A stretch of 64,000 bases of DNA from Ruditapes philippinarum (Eukaryota), in assembly GCF_026571515.1 (NCBI RefSeq), contig NW_026859581.1:310001-374000 (forward strand), in the 5' to 3' direction. The notes below the pieces were generated by a model. That model was not told where the DNA came from, searched no databases, and worked only from the letters and a program-made list of their open reading frames with translations. This document shows positions 1-13,329 of the stretch, piece after piece; the stretch's first letter is position 1; every line of letters starts with the position of its first letter. Made by a program: the position numbers and the translations under genes.

Positions 1-809
1 TGCAAAAAAGGTTTCCGCTTAAGATAATTGGATTTTAGATTTCAATAACACCCTGTAAAAGTACTGTACATGTATTTGCATTTTTCAAAATTAAGTCTAC
101 AAATATCAATTCTTAAATGTGTGTATTGTTAAGATTTGTTTAATAAAGAATTACATGTATATTAAAACAAAGGCGCAAAAAAGTCAGTTTTTGTTGTTGT
201 CTTATAATTGCAACCTTATTTTATACCATTGCTGGTCTCAAAAGGATAATGTTTTACATTGCATATGTAGGTTTTAGATGACATCATATATTTATATCAC
301 AAATCTCCATGATAACCTTAAAATCTAAGGACCATTGGTATCTTTAAAAAAAGATTCTCGGCCAAAGTTAAACTGGTTAACTTGCATTTGAGTTTTTAGT
401 TTTGCATGCAAAGTCATATAGAAATGTTAGTATAGCAGCTTGCTTAACAATGACAGTAATTTCTTGTAGGGTTATTAATCTTAAAACATATGGAACACTT
501 TAAGATGTATGTGTCGTATTTCTGTAATTGAACTCAATTTTTAACACCAACACGTAGTCGGTAGGCAGTTATTTTATATAATGCTTGATTCATATGCAAA
601 AATTTATGAAAACTATATACATTACATCAATTGAACACATTTATAATTATAAAATACATAATTTATTTTCTTACTTCACATAATTCACGTAAGTAGATAC
701 AATGAAATTATCATAATAACAAAATACAAATCAAGTCAAAATACATGTGTCATAAAAACAAAGTTAATATTAGCGGTTTTTGTGAATAAAAAATAACTAT
801 GCGAAAGAG

Positions 810-1404
810 TAACGTCGCACAATAGTATAGGTCATATGGTGACTTTCCAGCTTAAGGCATTACCACCCTAATGGCTAAAAAAATGACATCATAGGTCAGA
901 TATATACCTTAAAGTACACCTGTATGCAAAATTTAAACAAAGTTTATCGTATGGAAATCAAGTTATGGCCACTTTTCTGAATGTTATGAGGGCCCTTTTT
1001 TAGAAATGAGGAACCTTTAAATAATCTGCAATAACATTCTAATGAAAAATGTTTTCCCATTATTTTTTGGTAAGAAACAAATAGTACCATTCAGCTAACA
1101 ATCCACATACGCAAAATTATGGTTTCTACTTAAATTTTATGAAATCTGTATAAAAATGTTACCCTACCCCACCCATTTTTATCACATGTCTGACCATTTT
1201 CCTACTTAGGGAGCCTAATTTAAAAAGTCCTTAGAATTTACCCAAATGAGTGCCTGTTTTCCGTGCATTATTTCACGAAGAACCACCGACGTTCCGTAAG
1301 CTAGCTGGATAGCAACCTCACATGAAAGAATCCAATGTGTGAATCTAACCCACAGCGGCGAGGTTTGATTGCAACGGCCTTAACCAGTCGGTCAAGGACG
1401 CCCC
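810..1404 (-). mobile_element. tRNA-headed SINE (bivalve Meta/MD-type-like), interrupted by a ~390-bp insert (~855-1245)
   Basis: The minus strand starts ggggcgtccttgaccgactggttaagg (A-box-like). Body motifs ggtcatatggtgactttccagc and agaaccaccgacgttccgtaagctagctgga recur in degenerate form at ~24550, ~31000, ~42220 and ~55430. Confidence 0.65.
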
Positions 1405-1629
1405 TGGCACCATATTATAGCCAAGGTGTTTTCATAATAATATAATGATAATACAATACTTACTAGTATTCTATGCCGTTTGCTTTTCAAACCATTGATA
1501 TAACAAAGTTGTTATCTCATAATGTTAAAATAAAATATTTATTTAAACCAAATCAAATGTTTCCTGTCCTTGAATGATAATTTGGACATAACGGTACTTG
1601 GAAAATTCCAAGTTTAAGTCTGTATTATC

Positions 1630-1853
1630 CACAGGGGGCCCACACAGTGTTTGGATGGTATATACTGCTTGATAGTGACCTAAAAATGAGATTTTAGTCA
1701 TAACCTTATAATATGTATATAAATATTTATATACATATTATAAGGTTATGACTAAAATCTCATTTTTATATTATAAGGTTATGACTAAAATCTCATTTTT
1801 AGGTCACTATCAAGCAGTATATACCATCCAAACACTGTGTGGGCCCCCCTGTG
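1630..1853. repeat. Spacerless palindrome (fold-back MITE-like)
   Basis: cacagggggcccacacagtg...tatataaat|atttatata...cactgtgtgggcccccctgtg. The arms are near-perfect; the right arm has an extra ~32-bp tandem duplication. Confidence 0.9.
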
Positions 1854-3431
1854 TTTGCATTGCTATAATCGGTGGATTTCTAATCGGATTGGACATAAGG
1901 ACACGGCCCACTGAATTTTCGACCCATATATCCTAAAGTAAATCCATCACATTTAAGGCTAAATTCTGGACAAAGCAAATCCGGTACCGAAACTTCATGA
2001 CCATTTCTTTAAACACCAATTTAATGCAGTCCAAGTAAATTTAGCACAAAAAATAATACATTAGCCCTTGGAGTTTTTCTGCAGCTTTTAATTTCTGTAA
2101 TCACTATAAAATATTCCAAATAGTAACTGTTGTGTATTCTTGTGCATAGTGCCTCCTGAAACCTTCCACCCAGAAATGAAATCCTGCAAAAATACATCAA
2201 AAACAACCTTTAAAGTACTCAGAAATGAAACTTTATGTACACAATTACTAAAGATATACTTAAAATAGAACCATTATCAATTAAGATGACTTGAAATAGG
2301 CCATTTCAAAATTTAAAAGAACTACTTTATAGACTACAACGGGCTGGGTCTAATTCCGTACCGGGGTGACACCATAAGTATATCGTTACTGGTCCTAAGT
2401 TTGTAGTAAGGTAACGGTATAAAGCCTGAGGAAAGTAAATAGTAACACCTCGGTAGGCTACACTGCCTATGGTGAAGTTGTGCTAGTTAACACTTCAGAC
2501 ATTATATTTGATGAAATCAAATTGAGATGAACTAAACATTAGGAATATTTATGTTTTCTGAATTAAATTTAATCTTACTGCACAAAATTAAATGTCATCA
2601 ATCTGATCTGTTTTGTTGTTACTGTTGCTAAATTAGGCCCAGTGCTCGAACCATTCGGGGCTGTAGTCACCCCGCAAACTAATCCGGCTACAAAATATAA
2701 GTTGAAAGAACTTGCTTCGCAATCGAGCTTAAATGAATATGTTTAAAGCTACATTAAATAAATTTCATAAAAACAGAAATAGCGAAATTTCATTAAACAA
2801 TTTGGTTTCATATCGACTCCAGATCTTATTATAGTGTCAAGACAACCAAAATGAGTTTTATAAGCATAAATATCTGCGATATCATTGTGGCGAAATCGGA
2901 AATACAATATCTGTTAGCATAAGAAACTCCGCCTTCGGATCATCCGTACATCAATATCAAATCAAAAAACATGTCCTAATATAACGGTATATTTCCGCAT
3001 TGCAACGGATGTTTTCATACAAATTTGATATTTTTATGAGATGATTACTTTTTCCTGAACGCCATGCTCAGTGCACTGTGAAGCTAAAACGGTTAAGTGT
3101 GTTTGCACAAGAAAATCTCAAATTTGCTGTGTTCCGTTTAGTAACTATAACACTGTGACGTAGCACATACACGAACTGATTATAGTCTTCATTTTGCATG
3201 TTAAAATTCGTATACGAACTTTAGTGTTACCGTGGGGTTTCATTTCGTAAATAAACTTACCCGACAGTACCATATGGATTCCTTCCGTTAATTTCTCACA
3301 ATTCGCTAACTATTTACACCGGAAGTAAGCTCTTCAATTAAACCCCTTACTTCCGCCACGTGTTAAAGATGTCAGTTTCCTTTTTTCGGCGACCAAATCG
3401 GTCGTGTTTTTTCACATTCTTCGCTTTAGTT

Positions 3432-4825
3432 ATGGCTCAACTGTTTGTTGATACAAATAAATTACCAGAGGAAGGTGAAATTCCTCCTTCAGACTCGGAG
3501 TCGGGTACTAATACGCCGAAAACTCCACTTAAAAGACGTTCCAGATACGATGTTCTAGAAGAACAATGGAATCAAAAATTCTCAGCTCTGGAGTCGAGTA
3601 TTTCGGGTAAATTGGATGGATTAGTTGCCAAAATCCAATCTGCTCAATCTCAGTGTAACTCTTCTTCGTCTAAATTTACGGAAAGACACGTGAAGAAAAA
3701 AGAACAGTGTGCATCGTTCTAAGTTCGAGTCGGGCTCAGATTCTCTGTCGGACAGTGATTCAGATTCTAATCATCCTGGCTTGAACAGTGATATTTTGTC
3801 TATTCATGGAGATAATTTTTTGTCAGATGAAGACAATGTTTCTATTAAGGGAAAGTCGATGAAAAAGAACTTTCTGATTCAACTAAGAAATGTCTTTTTG
3901 ACATTTTTGGTGAAGATGCTACAGTGAAGAAGTCCACCAAGAAGGCAGGTATTTCTGTGGACAATTCTCAGAAAGACGTCTTGAATGACAGTCTACATTC
4001 AACTTCTCCTAATGTTCTCTCTGCGTTTAATGAAGAAAATTTTGATTTATTTCCGGTGGATGAAGAAACGGAAAATTTTTTGCAAGTTCCTACACTTGAT
4101 CCTTTAATAGAAAGTTTACTTGTTAACAGACATGGCAAGAAGCGGCTTTTAAGAACAGTCAGGTTAAATGCTTGTTTTCTCAACCACATAAAACTGTAGA
4201 AAAGTTTCTTACCGTGGAGCCCAAGCAGCTCGTTTAGGTATTGTTATGCAACTTTATATGCAACAAGCTTTGGGAAATTTGGTTGAATTTGTTTTCTTCT
4301 GATGACTTTTCAAAAGACAAAACAGTGAAATTTGTTAAAGACATTTTTGCTATGTCCACGAAGTGCCTTGATCAATTGGGTCGCTCCGCAGCTTTTCATC
4401 ACATTGTACGTCGTACAGTAACTATGGCAGATACAGGCATGTATGATCTTTCCGATTACAAAGATTTTGCTACTTTACCATTAACTGGTGATGGTGTTTT
4501 TGGTAATGGACTTGAACCTTTATTAAAGGCACGGAAAGACAAAAAGAAGCAGTTAGATGATATGTTACCTGAGCTGAAAAAGAGAGACAGGAAAAGAAGG
4601 CTCTCACCTGTTCGTTCTTCAAATGACACTAAACGTTTACGTAGGGACATTCCAGCAACGCAAACAAGCAGTGGCTGGGACAATAATTTTCGTATCCCCA
4701 AGATTCCATCAGATAGTCATACCAAGGGGCAAAATTTCACTGGACAGTACAAGAAAAATTCCAAGCCCGATTTCTTTCCAAAACGTTCATATGGAAGGAA
4801 AATGGGAAGATCAACTCAACAATGA
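3432..4825 (+). CDS. DIRS ORF1 (Gag-like), broken by several frameshifts
   Basis: Consecutive overlapping ORF pieces 3360-3722, 3709-3927, 3924-4199 and 4241-4825. Motif LPLTGDGVFG and a basic C-terminus are typical of DIRS ORF1. ATG at 3432 (MAQLF). Confidence 0.75.
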
Positions 4826-6883
4826 CCATGTAAGTACTCTAGCACGTTTTCCTCAAATTCCGGTAGGTGGTCGAATTTCACTTTTTGTAGAAAATTGGAA
4901 GAAAATAACAACAGGCAAATGGGTTCTAGATGTAGTTCAGAATGGCTACAAACTAGAATTTCTAAAAATTCCACATTTCTTGGGAATAAAACAGACGAAA
5001 GTACCTTTAGATCAAGAAAATTTAATTCAAAAAGAAATAGAAGAACTTTTATTGAAAAACGCTATAGAAATAGTAGACAAATCTCAGATTCTTACAGGTT
5101 TTTACAGTACGTTGTTCTTAGTTCCAAAGAAAAATGGGGAAATGAGACCTGTAATAAATTTAAAGCCATTGAACCGGTATTTGAGGAAAACTCACTTCAA
5201 AATGGATACTTTGCCAAAAGTTCTAAACCTAGTTCAAAAAGGAGATTATGCAATAAATCTGGACCTGAAAGACGGTTATTTTCATGTAAAAATGTTCAAG
5301 GGTCACAGAAAATATCTTCGTTTCTGTTTCAAAGGTCAGGTGTACCAATTTCGAGTGCTATGCTTCGGCCCAACATCAGCTCCAAGGGTGTTTTGCAAAA
5401 TAATGTCCGTCATAGTAGCACATCTCAGACAACAAGGTCTTTTTCTAACATCTTATCTGGACGATTGGTTAGCTGCCAATCGGACATTTTCAAAGATGAT
5501 GTCAGATCGAAAGATTATTCTAGATCTCCTTTTTCAACTAGGGTTAATAGTAAACAAGAAAAAATCCTCTTTAGTTCCTTCTCAGATTTTCACTTACATA
5601 GGCGGCCTATTCGATATGACAAAGGGGTTAGTTTATCCAACACAAGAGAGAATTACAAACCTGAAACATGCAGTTCTAAAATTGTTACAAGGCTCGATTT
5701 CAGCAAAACAATATATGATTGTGTTGGGTATGATAGCCTCTTGTCTAGACTTAATTCCAAATGCAAAGTTGTTCATGAGACCCATACAGCTTCATTTGCT
5801 CAAGACTTGGAGTCCGGCAAGAATGCCTTTAAGTTTCAATATTCCCTTAACTCCTATGCTACGATATCATCTCCATTGGTGGTTACAGGATCAGAACATT
5901 CTAAAGGGAAGATCTGTTCAACAGATTTCCTTTCCAGTATCTGTCACCACCGATGCGAGTGGGACTTGGGGCTGGGGCGGTCACATGAACAACTTTACAG
6001 TGCAAGGCCGTTGGTCAAAGATGGAAAAATTACTACACATAAACATTTTAGAAATGAAGGCGGTAATTCTGACAGTCCGCCACTTTCTGTCTGCTCTGAA
6101 AAACAAGAATGTATTGATACGGTCGGACAACACGTCAGTGTGTCAGTATATAAATCGCCAGGGGGCACTCGTTGCCCTACACTTTGCCTGTTAACTTGGG
6201 AGTTATGGGAACTGGCATTGAATCACAATATTGTGTTGAAAGCAGTTCACATAATGGGGAAATTGAATTTTCTGGCAGATTTTCTGAGCAGACAGGAAGT
6301 GAGGGATACAGAATGGAGTCTGAACAAAACAGTGACATCTCAAATTTTCAATATTTGGGGTCAACCTCTGATAGATCTCTTTGCAACTCAAGAGAACAAA
6401 CAGACAACACTGTTTTTGCTCATGGCTTCCACAACCCAAGCGTTTGCATTGGATGCCCTGTCTATTGCATGGCAGAACATGTATGCATATGCGTTCCCGC
6501 CAATACAGCTAATTCCGAAAGTATTGAACCATATGAAATTATTCAAGTGCAGACTGATTTTGATAGCCCCAAATTGGCCAAGACAGCACTGGTTTCCACA
6601 GCTGTTGAAATTGTTGATAGCAAAACCAATAAAACTCCCTGTGTCACAGAATCTATTGTCACAATGCAAGGGGAGAATATTTCATCAAAATCCTCAGAGT
6701 CTAAAGTTGACTGCATGGCTTCTATCGACAAAGTCTTCAGATCAAAGGGATTTTCTGAAAGAACAAGAAATTTACTTGTCGCCTCATGGCGAAAAGGTAC
6801 AAGAAGAGATTATAATTGCAAATTCAGAAAATTCAGTAATTGGTGTTGTGGACAACAGATTGATACGTTTTCAGCTTCTTTGA
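4823..6883 (+). CDS. DIRS ORF2: reverse transcriptase, RNase H and DNA N6-adenine-methyltransferase-like domain (1-nt frameshift at ~6165)
   Basis: RT motifs PVGGRI, FYSTLFLVPKK, RPVINLK, DLKDGYFH, CFGPTSAP, YLDDW. RNaseH TDAS, HINILE, SDN. After the G-run frameshift: GGTRC...LADFLSR...DLFAT...YAFPP...WPRQHWF. Start approximate. Confidence 0.92.
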
Positions 6884-7707
6884 ATGATTGTGCTGAATTT
6901 TTGACTTACCTTTATGACCAAGGGTTAAAATATAAGACTATTACAGGTTATCGGTCTATGCTATCATCAATTTTACCTCCTGTGGAAAAATTTCAGATTG
7001 GTCAACACCCCTTTATTATTCGCCTTCTTAGAGGCATTTTTAATGAACGTCCACCTTTTAGAAAATTAGTTCCTGAATGGGATTTACCTCTTGTTTTAGA
7101 ATGCCTGAAGAAGCCACCATTTGAACCGATGAAGGACGCATCTTTGAAGTTTATTACATGGAAGGTGTGTTTTTTGATAGCTATTTCCTGTTTTCGTCGT
7201 TGTAGTGATCTTCAAGCCTTGTATTTGGGAGAAGGTAACATAAACATTCAGAAGAAAGGAATAACTTTATACGTTCAGGTTTAGCAAAACAAGATAGACC
7301 AAGTCATCATTCAAGAAAGATTTTCATTCCATCTTTTTCGAGGGAAAAATTTTTAGACCCTAAGAGGGCTTTGACTTATTACTTGAAAAAAGACTGAAAG
7401 TTTTAGAGTTAAAGACTCTAAAAATGAACTTAAACTTTTCTTAAGTGTTATTAAACCTCATCATCCAGTGACAAGTCAGACTATTTCTAAATGGTTAGTT
7501 AATATTATTAAGTATGCTTACAAAATGAGTAAGAAATCTACAGGAAAAATTAAAGGTCACCAGACTAGAAGTATTGGGCCTTCCTGGGCATTGTTCAAAG
7601 GTGCGTCGTTGGATCAGGTACTGGATGCGGCAGATTGGTCTTCAGAGACCACCTTCATTAAACATTATCTCAAAAACGTAGATACAAGTGTTTTGGATTT
7701 CAAGTAA
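6172..7707 (+). CDS. DIRS ORF3 tyrosine recombinase (frameshifts near 7270 and 7390)
   Basis: WDLPLVL, FRRCSDL (catalytic R), KQDRP, GHQTRS (H-x-x-R), AADWSSETTFIKHY (W/Y). Confidence 0.92.
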
Positions 7708-8110
7708 ATGTTGTTACAGAAGTTATTGTTTTTCACCAAGGTGGTGTGTACAAACTCTTTGTTTTTCCGGCGAATTGCGACTGGATGTTTTTGTAAATTT
7801 GAGTATTTACGGTTATTCTTGTACAGTTGGGATGAACTTATATATATTGTTGTGCAACTGTAAATAGTGGGTTAGCAGTTATACATGTTCAACTGGTATT
7901 GTTTTACTTAACATGGTGTGGAAATATTGGGAAACACTTTAGGTAAGTGTTTAATGTGTCTATTTTTCATTGATATTAAAACAAGTTTATGTTTTATTAT
8001 TTTTCATTGATATTAAAACAAGTTTATGTTTTATTAATGAATGTAATAGATATTTTTGAAACTTAACTACCCACCTCCTTTCAGTACTGCTTTTTAATCT
8101 GGGTTAATCG

Positions 8111-8207
8111 ATATGGTACTGTCGGGTAAGTTTATTTACGAAATGAAAATTGAAAATTTGTTTTCAAATTTAAGTTTTATGAGTAAATAATACTTACCCG
8201 ACAGTAC
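8111..8207. repeat. DIRS internal complementary region (ICR)
   Basis: atatggtactgtcgggtaagtttatttacgaaatgaaa is the reverse complement of 3238-3275. ttttcaaatttaagttttatgagtaaataatacttacccgacagtac is the reverse complement of ~8380-8426. Confidence 0.93.
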
Positions 8208-9682
8208 ACTACCCACCCTAACCTACCCCTCTCTGTTTAAGTTTCAGGGCGATTTGGTCGCCTCATTTGAAACTGACATCTTTAACACGTGGCGGAAGTA
8301 AGGGGAGTTAATTGAAGAGCTTACTTCCGGTGTAAATAGTTTAGCGAATTGTAAGAAATTAACGGAAGGAATCCATATGGTACTGTCGGGTAAGTATTAT
8401 TTACTCATAAAACTTAAATTTGAAAAAAAATAAAAAAATTTCCGTTTAAAATTGTACTTTATTAACAATGTTTGATGAGATTTACAACAATACTGTTAAA
8501 AAGGTTACTGAAACTGTACAATGCTTGGTTTTTAGGCCGACGACAAAATATATTTTTACACATTTATTTAACGTAGCTTTAAACCATAAATTATTAATGT
8601 CCTTGTCACTGAGGTTCATTTGGGGCAAGTGTTGTGTTTGTAGCGTTATGCCATGCATAAAATATGCATACCGTTATTTACACACCTCCTCTATTGTTTG
8701 TGACAGGTCTATATTTCTCGGGTAGACCTGTTTAAACAAAAGAAAGTCCGTTAGGAGGTCTATCTCTTGCACGTGCACATGTCTGTTCTAGTCAGACAGA
8801 CCCAGTCATGAAAAACACGTGAAAAAATAGACCTGCCTATGCGCAGACAAAGAAAACATGAAATACAATCAAAAATTGAAAAATGAAAATCAATGTATAT
8901 GATTGTCTTAATATTTGTATCTTACAAAATCTGGATACATTTTTTAAACAAGATAATGTTTATTGAATGCACTTAGCAATTATTCCAACATTCCTATATT
9001 AAATCTAAGAATAACATAAATTGATAGCATTTCAAAGTTAGGACGCATTTCACATTTATTAAATCGCGTCATTGTTTTTTCAAAGTAAAAGTAATCTAAG
9101 CGGTTCTTCTGTCATTTAAAGTTCAGAATATAACAAATATGGACGCTTCAAGTTCATTTCTATGAAACTATAACAGTTATCACAGCATACTTATTAAGCA
9201 TTTAAATCACCTAATCCATAACATCTTAAACGTTCTAGAAAATTCATAGTACATGTATATACAAATTGTACCAAACATTCATATCGAAAAATATAACAAA
9301 AATATGTCCGTTTGATTGAAATAACGTGCATTTGATATACGCTTTGCCTACGAAACTGCAGCTACCCACAGTTAATAGCGAAGTCCCTGGTAACATTCCC
9401 ACCCGCGGGATAAATCGGATTGTTAAATCCCCGTTAATCTCCCCCTCTCTCTTTGAGAGCTTCATCCTGTCTTTCTATTCAATCGGTGATAAATCAAAAC
9501 TGATTTCCCCTGAAAACCTTCTAATCTAGGGCCTAGTTCCAAAGAATGCTACACAACAACGTTAAAAATATAATCCAAAACTTGCTTATAGTGACATGCA
9601 TATACAAGTACTTTAAGTGGATTGGTCTACAATGGGAACACCTCCCATTAGTATTTCAAAAATCGATAGAAACGATAGAAAT

Positions 9683-12283
9683 CACCGTGGGTAAGCAACT
9701 TTGGTCACGTGACCACAAAAGTCAACGTACACGGCCAAAATAGCTCGGCTGAGGTAAGTTTTTTAGTGATTATTTTTCTATCGAGTCAATTCAAATTATG
9801 TTACATAGCCTACCGACCGCGGAAGTTCCGATGCTTTCTAAAAATGTATTTGATGTCGTCCAACGTTTTGTATTTTATGAGATCATTCAAACAATGTTTG
9901 CAAATTGTCGATGACAACGTACACACTTTTGTGTAAAAGTGTTGATAATAACTTAATAAACGATACGCATGTCAGTGCTAAGTAAAATTTCAGGTCTTAA
10001 AATATATAAAAGAATGTTTTAATGAAAAAATAACTGGTTTCCTGCTGTCATTTTTTGTATTTATTTAAAAATTGACCAACTTACAGAAATGTCAACGTAC
10101 ACATACAGTCTAGAAAGTGTCAACGTACACACTCCCAATTTAGTTTGATAGTGGTCTGAACATGAGGCTGCAACTTCGAAATAGGTGGCTTTTTCCAACA
10201 AAAAGTTGGCTTTCAATTTAGATTGCCCTCTCAAACTGTATATAATTACTATTATTTTTACAAAGGAAATAGTTTGGAGTGCATTCATTTCATCGCAAAT
10301 AAGCTTAAACAACCTTTAACTTTTTTATGTTATTTATTTGTACTTTTTTTTATAAGACAAATTTCCAGTTACTCAAACTGCTTAATGATAAGCTGAAACA
10401 GCCGTTTTGATATTTTATACTGGATTAATATAGATCGTATTACAATATAGATTGTAATTACAGTCATCTAAATAACGTAAACAGCCAGGATAAGGGTATC
10501 TTGCTCAACCAACTAGTGCCTTCCGTAGCAGCAAAAGGATCCAAGGTTGACGATGACGCCGAGTTACAATTTTATATTACCGGTTTTTCAGCAGTTGCGT
10601 CACTTGATCCCCCACTAATGTTCTATTAACATTATATTTTCAAGAATATATCTACTTGCACTTGTTATGTAAAAAAAAAACTTATAAACAATTCACAATT
10701 TTATAGGTTGGTTAAGGCAACAAATTATACCCTTTTGTTAAATGGTTAGTTACTAGTACCAAGTTTCTAGTAAAATGCTTTTACTGATCAAGAAACCAGT
10801 TACTGGAAAATGGTTACTACTCGTAGTAATAAATTTACCGGAAAATGGGTTTAGTAATGAATTTACCTATCTTATTTTGTGCGCAATGTATGAGCTATAG
10901 ATATGAATCAATGACATTGTTTAAACATTTAAAAAGTTATATCAAGTACCACAGTCATATGACCAACTAGTAATCATAGAAATGCCACAATATATATTGA
11001 AATGATTGTTACAATGCAGAAATTTTATCGACATTTTGCTCAAATAAAAAATTTTTTAATGGTTTGCTTGAATTTAAAATTTTGATTGCAATGCAAATTA
11101 TTAAAATGTATGGCACTTGAGCATTTTTGTTAAATACATATATTAGACTTGTAAATTAGCAGACATGGTTGGCAAAATTGTCAGTGAAACAAAAAGTGCA
11201 AAGAAAACTGTGAATGCAAAAATACATATCACGTCTATTAAGCTAGCCCATGTATTAAATAACAATGTCTATTACATGTGGCAATTACATAACTAGTGCA
11301 AGGAGATATATTATTGAAAATATAATGTTAATAGAACGTTCGTGATGTAATCATTGGGTTAAAGTGACATAACTGCTGAAATACCGATAATACCTATAAA
11401 CTAGTCACTCGGCGTCATTGTCACCCATTGCCCGAAATCGGCAACTTTTGTTGCTACAGAAGGCACTAGGTTGGTTGAGCAAGAGACGCTTATCCTGGCT
11501 GTTTTCGTTATTAAATGACTGTAAAATGACCTAAATTAATACAGTTTAAAATTGCTGTTTCAGCAAATCATTAAGCAGTTTGAGTAACTGGATTTTTTTC
11601 TTCTAAAAGAAAATCACAAAAGAACAAATAAATAACATTATAAACAAGTTAAAGGTTGTTTAATCTTATTTGTGATGATATGAATGTACTTGCAACTTTT
11701 TTCCTTTGTATAAACCTGTACTTATATACAGTTTGAGAGGACAATCTAAATTGAAAGCCAACTTTTTGTTAGAAAAAGCCACCTATTTCGAAGTTGCAGC
11801 CTCATGTTCAGACCACTATCAAACTAAATTGGGAGTGTGTACGTTGACACTTTCTAGACTGTATGTGTACGTTGACATTTCTGTAAGTTGGTCAATTTTT
11901 AAATAAATACAAAAAATGACAGCAGGAAACCAGTTATTTTTTCATTTAAACATTCTCTTATATATTTTAAGACCTAAAATTTTACTTAGAACTGACATGC
12001 GTATCGTTTATTAAGTTATTATCAACACTTTTACACAAAAGTGTGTACGTTGTCATCGACAATTTGCAAATATTGTTTGAATGTTCTCATAAAATACAAA
12101 ACGTTAGACGAAACTAAATACATTTTTAGAAAGCATCGGAACTGCCGCGGTCGGTAGGCTATGTAACATAATTTAAATCGGCTGGACAGAAAAATAATCA
12201 CTAAAAACTTACCTCAGCCGAGCTATTTTGGCCGTGTACGTTGACTTTTATGGTCACATGACCAAAGTTGCTTACCCACCGTG
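9683..12283. mobile_element. Non-autonomous DNA transposon with ~1-kb TIRs, CAC..GTG termini and 5-bp TSD GAAAT (Transib-like)
   Basis: gaaat|caccgtgggtaagcaac ... gttgcttacccaccgtg|gaaat. Arms ~9683-10670 and ~11283-12283. Repeated motif gtcaacgtacac in the arms. No transposase ORF. Confidence 0.88.
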
Positions 12284-12496
12284 GAAATGTATTATTCGGA
12301 TATTATTAAAAAAAAACTAAATAAGAAAAGTTTATAAAGTTTAAATTGATTTAGCATAAAAATTTATATGATAAACATCATATTTTATTCTAGAACACTT
12401 TATAATATCTGCTATATAAAATACTATTTCGGATTATGTATCCTACACTTGTCAACAATATTCAATGTACATATGTAAGTTTTTCGTGGTATGCTG

Positions 12497-12870
12497 GGTA
12501 TCCGGACATTTGCCCCTCAGACAGTTGCGTCTCGGAAGTTTGCCCCTTTTCTGCAGTGGGGGACATTAGCCCCGTCATATCTTTGTAAGGGGCGAACATT
12601 TGCCCCAAACCCCTTTATGTTAAAATATTTAACTGTTGAATTGGTTGTTACAAAAATTCATCGCCTATTGTCGAGATTCCATTGTGCTTTAATAAACAAA
12701 AACTAAGGCGCAAATTTGTACACACAAAATAGCATCCATAAATAAATGAAATAATATACATAAAATTTATACACGAAATGAATTATGACAAGTTAAAAGT
12801 CGCCACAGCAAAAAAAAAAAAATGGGGCAAACTTCCGAGAGGGCAACTGTCCGGGGGTTGGGGCAAATTT
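12497..12870. mobile_element. Short TIR element/MITE relic
   Basis: ggacatttgcccc...gacagttgcgtctcggaagtttgcccc at the left mirrors ggggcaaacttccgagagggcaactgtcc...ggggcaaat at the right. The right end looks truncated. Confidence 0.6.
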
Positions 12871-13153
12871 GAAATGTTTGATACGAAATACTATCAACAT
12901 AATTATGCATTCTTTTACATACCTTCAAATACAGATCCATTCGCTTTATTTTTGACAAATTGCACATTTAGCCTTTCTATTATTATTTTAAAGGGAAATC
13001 CAAAGTTAAATGAAAACTATATACTATAATTAAGCAGAACGTTGATAAAAGCTAACCTGTTTATGCGCGGTGTTAACAAATAATATTTGTGCATTACATC
13101 TAATGTTTCAGATCAGCCATTGCTCAAGCCAATAGTTTGGTGGTGTGTAAGTT

Positions 13154-13305
13154 GGATATCGGCCTCGTACATCGATCTTTCTGTTTAGGATAGACCTGGT
13201 CACGAATTTCATGAAACACCTCGAGCGCTACGCGCTCTCGGTGTCACATGAAATTCGTGACCAGGTCTTTCCTAAACAGAAAGACCTCGTACTCGGTCGA
13301 TATCC
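13154..13305. mobile_element. Palindromic mini-element (hairpin MITE)
   Basis: ggatatcggcc...tctttctgtttaggatagacctggtcacgaatttcatg / catgaaattcgtgaccaggtctttcctaaacagaaaga...tcgatatcc, with gagcgctacgcgctc at the apex. Confidence 0.8.
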
Positions 13306-13329
13306 TATACGTACAGTTGTCCTATTTAT

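Larger units (their letters stand above)
3238..8441 (+). mobile_element. DIRS1-like tyrosine-recombinase retrotransposon, full-length structure
   Basis: Inverted terminal repeats at ~3238-3410 and ~8250-8441 begin and end in ttt. The internal complementary region (~8111-8207) is complementary to both outer ends. Gag-like, RT/RNaseH/methyltransferase-like and YR ORFs lie inside. Confidence 0.95.

Noticed and set aside
10061-11906. Identical small ORFs on opposite strands (also 27593-28312)
   Set aside because: By-products of inverted repeat arms; no protein motifs.
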